Translations under genes and position numbers: made by a program
Source: Patescibacteria group bacterium
GTDB taxonomy: Bacteria > Patescibacteriota > Microgenomatia > 0-14-0-10-38-17
Reading direction: 5' to 3'
Length of the DNA stretch: 64,000 nt
NCBI GenBank assembly: GCA_050947035.1
Contig: JBMNVW010000002.1
Coordinates: forward strand, 4,820 to 68,819
The notes under the pieces: model-generated
The model's database searches: none
What the model was told of the DNA's origin: nothing
Seen by the model: the letters and a program-made list of their open reading frames with translations, nothing else
In this document: positions 1 to 8,748 of the stretch, piece after piece
How the letters are laid out: each line of letters opens with the position of its first letter
Position numbering within the stretch: position 1 is the stretch's first letter

Positions 1-1
1 A

Positions 2-3000
2 ACTTCCCCCACCTTCAAGTTACAAATTGCCGGATCCGGCGATTTACTTTCCATTGGCGATACGGCCGGGAACACCTTCTTCTCGGTGACTGATTCTTTA
101 ATTACCTCAAATCTTCCCCATACCTTTACCTCAAGTGGGGATGTGAGTATGGCCTATGATTTAATTTTTACTAATCAAACTTCTGCCAAGATTGAATCAT
201 ACGGCCCCTTCTCTATTATTGCCGGGGAGTCTCATGAATCAAACAATCTGACTCTAAAGACTTACAATGCCGGAAAGTTAATTGTTGATTCGGCTAACTT
301 CTGGGTAGATAGTGCTAATGTCGGTATCGGTACTACCGACCCCGCCTACACCCTGGATGTTAATGGCGATATTGGTATTGCTTCTGGGTCTGATTTGTAT
401 CTTGGTGGAATAGGGTTGGGTGGGACCGGCGGAGCCGGGTTGGTAGGATTTGATAATGCCGGACTAAGTTATGTGACCTCCTCGACGGTTCAAGGAGGAA
501 TAGAAGATTTGGATGGGGCTATCAGTAGTGTTTCTGGGGAGATTAGATGGACCATGGATGGAGATAGTGGTACTCCTCAGATTGTGGGGGCGGGCCAAAC
601 CGCCAGTTGGGTGGGGGGAACGGGAATTAGTACAACAGTGGGAGCCGACAGACAACTAACCATTGACTTTGATACGACCTGGGGAGATGGTCGATACATT
701 CAAGATCAGTTTTCTTCGGCCCAAGATGCTGATTTCTGGATTGATGGAGTTGGGTTAGTGGGCACCAGGTTGGGGGTGGGCGCCACTCACCCCTCCTACT
801 CTCTTTACACCACTGGCAACTTAGGGGTGGGAGGAACGGCTTACTTTGCTGGCAACGTCGGGGTGGGGACGACTTCGCCCTGGAATTTCTTGGATGTTTC
901 CACCGGTTCATCAACAAATACCACCGGTGTTATTGTCGGCGCCACGTCAGGTTCTTCGACAAATAACGATGCAACACTAATTGGCTTTCGGCTTCGTAAC
1001 ACTAACAATGGTTTCATGAACAGTTCTAATTTATACGATGCTGGCATAGCCGGTATCGTAAACGGAACAGGAGTAAATAGATCGGCATTAGCATTTTACA
1101 CACGTCAATCGTCAGCGGCGGTAGTAGAAAGAATGAGAATTGACTATTTGGGCTCCGTCGGCATTGGTACCACTGATCCTGCCGCCCTCCTCTCAGTCGG
1201 CGCCACCTCTCAATTCAGGGTTGATAGCAGTGGTGATATTACCCGGATTAAGAACCTGGCCTACTCTTGGCCATCAAGCCATACTGCTGATGGATTCTTA
1301 CAAGATGATGGTTCAGGCAACCTGGCTTGGACTACCATTGCTGGAGCGGGTGGAGTAACTGGAACTGGTACCCAAAACTATTTACCTATTTGGTTATCAG
1401 GCGGATCTAGTTTGGGAGATTCCTCTATTTATGAATCAGGCAATAATGTGGGAATTGGCGGAACGGCCCCTAGCACTTCTCCCTCCCTGTACGTGGGAGC
1501 AGATGGTAATGTGGGGATAGGAACGACGGGGCCGGGGGCAAAACTACATGTTCAATATCCAAGCTCAGGCGATATTATTTTTGACGCCGGTACTGGTGAT
1601 GGTGCCTCAGACATGAATATCCAATATGGTTACAACGGCTATGGCTGGTATTGGAAGTATTTAGGCAGTGGCTCTGGTGATAACAATGAATTACAGTTGT
1701 GGAGTGAGGGGGCGGGTAGTACTGATCAACAAGCATACGGAATAAAACAAAGCGGCAAAATGACTTTTTATCAGGATGCCACCTTTAATGGTGATATTTT
1801 AATGACCGATGACGATTACATCGGTATTAGCGGTGCAGAAAGAATCCAATTTGATACTGCCGGACATATTGAAATGATGGGGGCAAATGTGGGAATTGGG
1901 ACGACGGAGCCGCTAACTAAACTAGATATAAGAGATACAAGTCCCAAAATACATCTTTATGACTCCACAGCGCAAACCCAAACAAATTACCTGCTTGGTT
2001 CAATTGTAGCTAGTAACGCCTATACTCCATCTATAGATCGCACAGCCGCTAGTATTGATTTTTATTCCAATGCATCTCAATGGTTTAAGGGCGAGATTGT
2101 TTTTAAAACTAACAACTCAGATAGTACCGCTAATGCGGCTGTGGAAAGGGTTAGGATAAATGCGGCAGGCAACGTCGGCATCGGCACCAGCAGTCCCTCT
2201 GGAGCCCTGCAAGTAGTTGATGATGAGGTGCGAATTGGCAGTGGGGGGACGATAAATTATGCTACCGGGGATGGGGATCTTTACGTCCAAGATGATCTGG
2301 AAGTGGATGGAATAATTTATGGCACAATCGAAGGTTCATTTACCCCTTCCGGTGACTTAGACATGAATGAACACATTATCACTAATATCGGCAATACCGG
2401 AACAGATTTTACTAGCGGCGGTGGATTAACCTTGGCTGGTGATTTAACTGTTTCCGGGGGTGATATTGCCTTGGGCACAACCAATATCTTCTCTGGTGGT
2501 GATACAACAAGCTTGAATAATATTGATGCTATCAATGCCACTACAGAAAGCACCCTAGAGGGGGCATTAGATTTAACTGGGAGAATCACAGGAACATTAA
2601 ATAGCAACTCTTTCACTGTTTCCACTGATTGGGGTGATGTTTCCACTGATGCTTCCGGCAATGTGCAAATTGACAGCAATGTGGTTGGGGCAACTGAAGT
2701 AGCCGATGATTCTCTTGATTTTGCTCAATTCGCTGACAGTATGAGCCTCGATAATTTAACTAAGATTGATCTTAGCTCCTATGACTTTGGCTTTTATGGA
2801 ACTGGCAATGTGGGGATTGGTACCACCACCCCTTCCTACAAACTAGACATAGCTGGCACTGGTACTCTCTTTAGAATTGCTTCAGGAGGAACTGACCTTT
2901 TTACTGTTACAGATTCACTGATTACCTCTAACCTACCCCATACCTTTACCTCCAGTGGGGATGTGAGTATGGCTTACAACCTTCTCTTTACTAATCCCGC

Positions 3001-6000
3001 TGCCTCTTATGTCCGCTCCTCTGCCCCGCTATATATTGAGGCCGGAGAAACCTATGGTTCTTCAAATCTAACCTTGAGAACTTATAACACTGGCGATATT
3101 ATTTTAGAAAGCGCTAATCTCTGGGCCGACGGGTCAAGTGTCGGCATCGGCACCACTGATCCTTCTCAAGAGCTACATGTAAATGGAGATATCAGAGTTA
3201 CCGGTGGGTATTATGATTCCGAAAACAGTATTGGCTCCAACGGCGATGTCTTAACTTCCACTGGAGTGGGAACAACCTGGTCGTCTGTTTCTGATTTATC
3301 GGTTGGTAATGCCGATACTCTAGATACTCTAGATTCAACTGATTTCTTAAGAGCCACTGCTTCTGATACCTTTGAAGCTGGTAATACCCTAACTATCAAC
3401 GGAGCTTTGGATGTTAATGGGGCAGTAACTTTGGGTGATGGTGGTGATGATATTTCTATTAATAGTGATGATTGGGATATCTCAAGTGCTGGGGTAGGGT
3501 CTGGCTTTACCCAATTTAATGTTGACAACCTAAGACTAGATGGTAATACGCTATCAGCTACTAATGCTTCTGGGCTATATCTTTATGATGATGGTTCAAA
3601 TGGAATCTTTATCGAGGATGGGGGGAACGTGGGGGTGGGGACAACAGGTCCGAACTCTTCTCTGCATGTTAATGGCATGATAACGACTAACTCTGGTTTC
3701 GGTCTTAGTTTCGCTAACTATCACAAAATTTATGAAAAATCGTATAGCGTGAGAACAAGCGATCCTGCCACCTTGGTTGACGAAAATGGAAGCCCATTTG
3801 ACGTGAATAAAAGTTATCGTGTTAGGGGCGTAGTAACTAGCACAGGGACACAAACAGGAGCTGTAGCTTACTTTTATGGCAATGGGTCATCTTTTAGCAT
3901 ATATAAAAACTACGAATCTGGTAATACTTCTAATCATATTGAATTTTACCTTGATTCCGGTACTCCGAAAGTGCGCCTTTTTGATCATACTAGTTTTTAC
4001 AACGTTTCTGTTTTGACAGAAGAAGTTATCAATAAAGGACGCATCGCAGGACCAGAAATGTTCATTTATGCATATGGCGGCGGCAACGTCGGCATCGGAA
4101 CGACGAATCCCGGATCTTACAAGCTAAACGTGGCTGGTAATACCTACATTGATGGGGCCCTAACTACTACCGGAGCCATAACCGCCCCAACTAGTACTAA
4201 TACTATTAATAACTTAGTAATTAACTCCGGGACAATTACCTCTGGCACCTGGCAAGCAACCGCCATTGCCCCTACCTATGGCGGCACTGGAGATAATACC
4301 TCTTCTACCACTGGCGTTCCTTACATTACCGCTGGTAATTGGCAGTATGAGTCGACCCTTGATGAAACTAGAGGTGGAACTGGTTTATCCTCCTACTCGA
4401 CTGGGGATTTGCTTTATGCTTCAGGAACCGATACTTTAGGCAATTTGGGTATTGGCACTACAGGCCAAATCTTGACTGTTTCTGGCGGAGTGCCGGTTTG
4501 GGCGGACTCTTCAGGATTAGGAACCGATGACCAAACCTTGGCAGAGGTATTAACAGAGGGTAATACTACTTCAGGAAACAATATTGTTATGAGTACTACT
4601 GATGAGTTAAGGTTCTATGATGATGATACTGATCAGCGAATCTATGCTAGTGCTGATGGTACTCTTAACATTGCCAGTACCAACCTGGCAATAGATACTA
4701 GCAGCTGGGATATTTCTACTGCCGGGGTAGGCTCTGGCTTTACCCAATTTAATGTTGACAACCTAAGACTAGATGGTAATACCCTATCAGCTACTAATGC
4801 TTCTGGGCTATATCTTTATGATGATGGTTCTAATGGAATCTTTATCGAGGATGGGGGGAACGTGGGGATTGGGACGACGGATCCGGGGGCAAAACTGGAA
4901 GTGGCCGGCAATTTAAAAGCCGATAAATTTGTTGACACCGCCGGCGGCGGCGCTTACTATCTTGACCCTGCCCACGGAACCATCTCACTTCTTACCGCCG
5001 GCAATGCCGGTATTGGCACTGTCAGCGCTGATTATAGATTAGATGTTCGGTCCGGAACCACAGACAATGTAGCAAAATTCTCCTCTTCTGATGATTTGGG
5101 TCAAATACTAATAGCCGATAATGATACCACCACCTATCTTGGCGCCAAAGACAGTAGGGCATTTTTGGGATCAAGCAGTGGTCTTTCGAGCAACAATTTA
5201 GTAATTAACAGCGATGGCAACGTTGGCATCGGGACGACCGATCCCTCATATGATCTCCACGTTGCTGGCGATTCCTACGCCAATAGATTTCTAGCTCCTA
5301 ACGGCACCCCGAGCAACCCTGTTTATTCCTTTTTTGCCAGCCCCACAACGGGTATTTTTAGAGGTTTTGCTATTAACGAAATAGGTTTTAGTAATTCCGG
5401 CAGCACCAGCATGTTGATCAATGCCGATGGCAACGTTGGCATTGGAACAACTGATCCTGATTATAATCTGGAAGTTTCCGGGACATTAGGAATTGGTTCT
5501 ACTGCTTATTTCGGCTCTTTCGTCGGCCTAGGGGTCGCTTCGCCCAACACAACCTTGCACGTCAAGGACACCCAGGACTATCAATTGCTGTTGCAAAATA
5601 ATGACAACACTACTGGGGACACCGCCGGCCTTCTCTTTAAAGTTGCTACTCTTGATACAGCAAACGCCAAGGGGGGAATTTTGTTTGAAAGGACAGGTTC
5701 CTACGGTCGAGGCAGTATTCATTTTGTTGCCAATAATGACGCCGCAAATAGTGACGCCGATCTTGATGATAAGGCAATGACCATTTATGCCGATGGTAAT
5801 GTTGGTGTCGGGACAACATCGGTTAATAGCCCTTTTGGTGTTTATGGACAAATAGCCTCTTTTTCTCACCCAACCGCCACCAGTGGTAATGTTGTCTCTA
5901 TTCAAGCTGGTACCGGCACAGGGGCCAGCGCCAACAGAATACGATATGGAGGATCTGGTAATAACAGTCATAATTTTGACATTCAGGGTCCAGGAGATAC

Positions 6001-8242
6001 CTTTCTCATATACGGCAGCACTTATGATTCAACTATCTACCGGGCCGGCTACAGCTCTAGTTGGAACACTCCTTCTGATCAGAGAATTAAGACTGAGATA
6101 AACACTCTTAGTGGTGCTCTAGAAAAAATTACTCAGCTAAATCCAGTTACATTTAAGTGGAAAGATGACTATCGAAATAGTATTAATACCAATCTAAAAG
6201 ACATAAATTACGGCTTTATTGCTCAAGAGGTCCAACGGGTCATGCCCCACATGGTAACAATAAAAGACTCACTTAGCTACGGTGACACCACCATTGAAGA
6301 CTTCTTAAATTTAGACACCAGCGATCTCACCCCCTACATAGTCAAGGCAATTCAAGAACAACAAAGCCAAATAAACAATATTTCTCAAAAAGTAACTCTG
6401 CTCAACAATGACCTTTCTGTTACCAATTCTGGCGATCTAAATATCGAAATTGTCGGCGATGATTACCAAGTTCATAACACCTCTACTAATAAAATTGTTA
6501 ATCGGATAGGCTCCTTCGGGGAAACAGTAATTGCTAAGGCTAGAGTCGGCCTAATCGAAACAACTAGCCTAATTGCCGATACGGTGACTACCCGCCGAGT
6601 TAAATCTGAAAAGCTTCTCTCCCCCATTATCGAGACGGAGGAAATCAGACTCAAAGCGCAAAATTCAAAACTCAAAACCACAACTCAAAACTCAAAATTA
6701 TCAATTGTTAATTCGGCCAACGAACCAACGGCTGAATTTGATACGGAAACTAAAACCACTACCCTATTTGGTGACTTAATAATAGAGCGCGGACTAAAGT
6801 CCGCTACTTCAGAATTTGAGAAAACTAAAAGCAAACAAGCCACTTTTGGCGATTTGCTGGCCCAAAACGTCGGCATCGGTCAATTAGAGGCCGAAAGTGT
6901 TAAAACCGAAGAACTAGACGTTGCCCAAGATGCCACTATCGCCGGCACTCTATATGTTGATCGGGTTGTGGCTCGAGATGGGGGCTTTGGCGAACTTTTG
7001 GCTAAAGACATTAGCATGGATAGTCTAAGATCAATTGTGAGGGAAGAAATGGAAAAGAACACTGAGAACACGAATAATATAAGCACTGAGGACACGAATG
7101 TAAGCACGAATGACACAGAAAATACAGATTCCGGATCGGAGTCCGGAATGACCGAGACCTCGGAGTCCGAAATGACGGATGAAGAGATGGATATTGAAAG
7201 TTTGTTAGCCGAAGTGGAGGGCTGGCTAAATCTAAACACGGATAGTGATTTAGTCGTTGGTGAAGAAACAGCCATCCCTGAAAATCAAATTAACGCCATT
7301 GCCGATAATTTTATTCATCAGGGAGATTTAACTATCTTGGGACAAACGACTGCCAATAACGCTCTAATTACTGGACAATTAATTATTGGCGATTTAACTT
7401 TGGCTGATAACAGTATTAGCAACCTTAACGGCAACCTCTATCTGCAAAAAGAAGGCTTGGGCGGTTTGGATGTTTTAAATGGCAAGTTTATGATTGATAC
7501 CGAAGGCAACGTTTTTATCGCTCAACACCTAACAGTTAGCGGTGATTTAATGGCCGGAAAAATTAAACCCAAAGAGGGAGAGGATTTGGTTTTGGATTTG
7601 ATTAATAGTGTGGGACAGGGAGAGGATGACAATGAGGACACGAATGGGGACACGAATCAAACGAACGATGAAGAAAATGACACTGAGGATACGAATATTA
7701 ATACGAATAACGCAGAGAACACGCTAGAAGAAACAGGGTTTGGGAAACTGCTCGTCAAAGGAGCCAATCAAGAAACAGTCGCTCAAATTGATGCTTCCGG
7801 TTCAGCTCAATTTGCCGGCACGGTTAGGGCTGATAGCCTGGCCATATCAAAACCGGAAAATAGTCAAGAAGACATTGTTATCGCCGCCTCAGAAAATTTT
7901 GACCAGGTTAACATCTGGGCCCCGGGGATTACCAGCAACGCTTCGGCCGGCCAGGCCAGTCTTCCTGTCGGTCAAACCGATTTAATTATTTACAACAACC
8001 GACTAGTTGATGAATCAATGGTTTATCTTACCCCTACCTCTGACACCCAAAACCAGGTTCTTTATGTTAAAGCGAAAGTAGCGAAAAAGAACACTGAAGA
8101 CACGAATGGGAACACAAATGACACAAATAGTAATACGAATATCGACACAAATGACACGAACAATGATAAGAGTTACTTTGTGGTGGGGATAAACCAGTCC
8201 ATTAACGAAGAGGTGAAATTTAATTGGTGGATAATAAACTAA
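2..8242 (+). CDS. Giant repetitive surface/fibre-like protein with many GNVGIGTT modules and a peptidase S74 (intramolecular chaperone) domain; 5'-partial
   Basis: Frame is open from position 2 (TSPTFKLQIAG...), upstream of the ORF-track start at 86. Many NVGIGT/NVGVGT motifs. SDQRIKTEI...LNPVTFKWK...YGFIAQEV at ~6074-6370 is typical of S74 tail-fibre chaperones. C-terminus ends FNWWIIN. Confidence 0.8.
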   Translation, partial: TSPTFKLQIAGSGDLLSIGDTAGNTFFSVTDSLITSNLPHTFTSSGDVSMAYDLIFTNQTSAKIESYGPFSIIAGESHESNNLTLKTYNAGKLIVDSANFWVDSANVGIGTTDPAYTLDVNGDIGIASGSDLYLGGIGLGGTGGAGLVGFDNAGLSYVTSSTVQGGIEDLDGAISSVSGEIRWTMDGDSGTPQIVGAGQTASWVGGTGISTTVGADRQLTIDFDTTWGDGRYIQDQFSSAQDADFWIDGVGLVGTRLGVGATHPSYSLYTTGNLGVGGTAYFAGNVGVGTTSPWNFLDVSTGSSTNTTGVIVGATSGSSTNNDATLIGFRLRNTNNGFMNSSNLYDAGIAGIVNGTGVNRSALAFYTRQSSAAVVERMRIDYLGSVGIGTTDPAALLSVGATSQFRVDSSGDITRIKNLAYSWPSSHTADGFLQDDGSGNLAWTTIAGAGGVTGTGTQNYLPIWLSGGSSLGDSSIYESGNNVGIGGTAPSTSPSLYVGADGNVGIGTTGPGAKLHVQYPSSGDIIFDAGTGDGASDMNIQYGYNGYGWYWKYLGSGSGDNNELQLWSEGAGSTDQQAYGIKQSGKMTFYQDATFNGDILMTDDDYIGISGAERIQFDTAGHIEMMGANVGIGTTEPLTKLDIRDTSPKIHLYDSTAQTQTNYLLGSIVASNAYTPSIDRTAASIDFYSNASQWFKGEIVFKTNNSDSTANAAVERVRINAAGNVGIGTSSPSGALQVVDDEVRIGSGGTINYATGDGDLYVQDDLEVDGIIYGTIEGSFTPSGDLDMNEHIITNIGNTGTDFTSGGGLTLAGDLTVSGGDIALGTTNIFSGGDTTSLNNIDAINATTESTLEGALDLTGRITGTLNSNSFTVSTDWGDVSTDASGNVQIDSNVVGATEVADDSLDFAQFADSMSLDNLTKIDLSSYDFGFYGTGNVGIGTTTPSYKLDIAGTGTLFRIASGGTDLFTVTDSLITSNLPHTFTSSGDVSMAYNLLFTNPAASYVRSSAPLYIEAGETYGSSNLTLRTYNTGDIILESANLWADGSSVGIGTTDPSQELHVNGDIRVTGGYYDSENSIGSNGDVLTSTGVGTTWSSVSDLSVGNADTLDTLDSTDFLRATASDTFEAGNTLTINGALDVNGAVTLGDGGDDISINSDDWDISSAGVGSGFTQFNVDNLRLDGNTLSATNASGLYLYDDGSNGIFIEDGGNVGVGTTGPNSSLHVNGMITTNSGFGLSFANYHKIYEKSYSVRTSDPATLVDENGSPFDVNKSYRVRGVVTSTGTQTGAVAYFYGNGSSFSIYKNYESGNTSNHIEFYLDSGTPKVRLFDHTSFYNVSVLTEEVINKGRIAGPEMFIYAYGGGNVGIGTTNPGSYKLNVAGNTYIDGALTTTGAITAPTSTNTINNLVINSGTITSGTWQATAIAPTYGGTGDNTSSTTGVPYITAGNWQYESTLDETRGGTGLSSYSTGDLLYASGTDTLGNLGIGTTGQILTVSGGVPVWADSSGLGTDDQTLAEVLTEGNTTSGNNIVMSTTDELRFYDDDTDQRIYASADGTLNIASTNLAIDTSSWDISTAGVGSGFTQFNVDNLRLDGNTLSATNASGLYLYDDGSNGIFIEDGGNVGIGTTDPGAKLEVAGNLKADKFVDTAGGGAYYLDPAHGTISLLTAGNAGIGTVSADYRLDVRSGTTDNVAKFSSSDDLGQILIADNDTTTYLGAKDSRAFLGSSSGLSSNNLVINSDGNVGIGTTDPSYDLHVAGDSYANRFLAPNGTPSNPVYSFFASPTTGIFRGFAINEIGFSNSGSTSMLINADGNVGIGTTDPDYNLEVSGTLGIGSTAYFGSFVGLGVASPNTTLHVKDTQDYQLLLQNNDNTTGDTAGLLFKVATLDTANAKGGILFERTGSYGRGSIHFVANNDAANSDADLDDKAMTIYADGNVGVGTTSVNSPFGVYGQIASFSHPTATSGNVVSIQAGTGTGASANRIRYGGSGNNSHNFDIQGPGDTFLIYGSTYDSTIYRAGYSSSWNTPSDQRIKTEINTLSGALEKITQLNPVTFKWKDDYRNSINTNLKDINYGFIAQEVQRVMPHMVTIKDSLSYGDTTIEDFLNLDTSDLTPYIVKAIQEQQSQINNISQKVTLLNNDLSVTNSGDLNIEIVGDDYQVHNTSTNKIVNRIGSFGETVIAKARVGLIETTSLIADTVTTRRVKSEKLLSPIIETEEIRLKAQNSKLKTTTQNSKLSIVNSANEPTAEFDTETKTTTLFGDLIIERGLKSATSEFEKTKSKQATFGDLLAQNVGIGQLEAESVKTEELDVAQDATIAGTLYVDRVVARDGGFGELLAKDISMDSLRSIVREEMEKNTENTNNISTEDTNVSTNDTENTDSGSESGMTETSESEMTDEEMDIESLLAEVEGWLNLNTDSDLVVGEETAIPENQINAIADNFIHQGDLTILGQTTANNALITGQLIIGDLTLADNSISNLNGNLYLQKEGLGGLDVLNGKFMIDTEGNVFIAQHLTVSGDLMAGKIKPKEGEDLVLDLINSVGQGEDDNEDTNGDTNQTNDEENDTEDTNINTNNAENTLEETGFGKLLVKGANQETVAQIDASGSAQFAGTVRADSLAISKPENSQEDIVIAASENFDQVNIWAPGITSNASAGQASLPVGQTDLIIYNNRLVDESMVYLTPTSDTQNQVLYVKAKVAKKNTEDTNGNTNDTNSNTNIDTNDTNNDKSYFVVGINQSINEEVKFNWWIIN
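3473..4867 (+). repeat. Near-identical ~160-bp internal direct repeat (3473-3634 and 4706-4867); a second pair at ~86-160 and ~2905-2980
   Basis: WDIS(S/T)AGVGSGFTQFNVDNLRLDGNTLSATNASGLYLYDDGSNGIFIEDGGNVG occurs twice with almost identical DNA. TDSLITSNLPHTFTSSGDVSMAY also occurs twice. Confidence 0.9.
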
Positions 8243-8705
8243 ATTTCTAATTACTAATTTCTAATCAAATCCCAATGACCAATGATCAAAAAAAATATGA
8301 CTTGGAGGAAAGAACTGCTCGCTTTGCTGAAAATGTCATTCGATTCTGTAAAACAATCAAAATTAACGACATCAATCGACCTTTAATTAGTCAATTAATT
8401 AGGGCTAGTACTAGCATAGCCGCTAATTACTGCGAGGCTGATGATGCTGAATCAAGGAATGATTTTAAACATAAGATTGGTATTTGCAAAAAAGAGGCCA
8501 GAGAATCTAAAAGTTGGTTAAGAATGCTAGTCGTTGCTAATCCGGAAACAAAAAAAGAAGCAAGAAGGCTTTGGCAGGAAGCGAAAGAGCTTCACTTAAT
8601 CTTTAACGCTATCACTCATTCCACTAACAAAAACAAAAAATAATGATTTGTTGGACATTTGGATTTAGACATTGACTAGAAATTAGTAATTAGTAATTAG
8701 AAATT
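8242..8705. mobile_element. Cassette: four-helix-bundle gene enclosed by inverted heptamer-repeat arms
   Basis: Left arm aatttctaattactaatttctaatcaa (8242-8268). Right arm ttgactagaaattagtaattagtaattagaaatt (8672-8705) is its reverse complement with one extra heptamer and one substitution. Mobility is inferred. Confidence 0.6.
8275..8643 (+). CDS. Four-helix-bundle protein (23S rRNA IVS-protein-like family)
   Basis: 122 aa with family-typical motifs DLEERT..FA, QLIRASTSIAANYCEA, DFKHKIGICKKEARESKSWL, EAKELHLIF. Confidence 0.9.
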   Translation: MTNDQKKYDLEERTARFAENVIRFCKTIKINDINRPLISQLIRASTSIAANYCEADDAESRNDFKHKIGICKKEARESKSWLRMLVVANPETKKEARRLWQEAKELHLIFNAITHSTNKNKK

Positions 8706-8748
8706 CTTCTCCGTCCCTGTTCGTATCTTTCGTGTGCTTTTAGTATTA

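Noticed and set aside
2-8242. Prophage tail-fibre region
   Set aside because: No integrase, capsid, terminase or other phage genes nearby; upstream context is outside the window
8275-8643. Diversity-generating retroelement (Avd-like gene next to a large target)
   Set aside because: No reverse transcriptase in the window, and the internal repeats of the giant gene differ at synonymous sites rather than specifically at adenines
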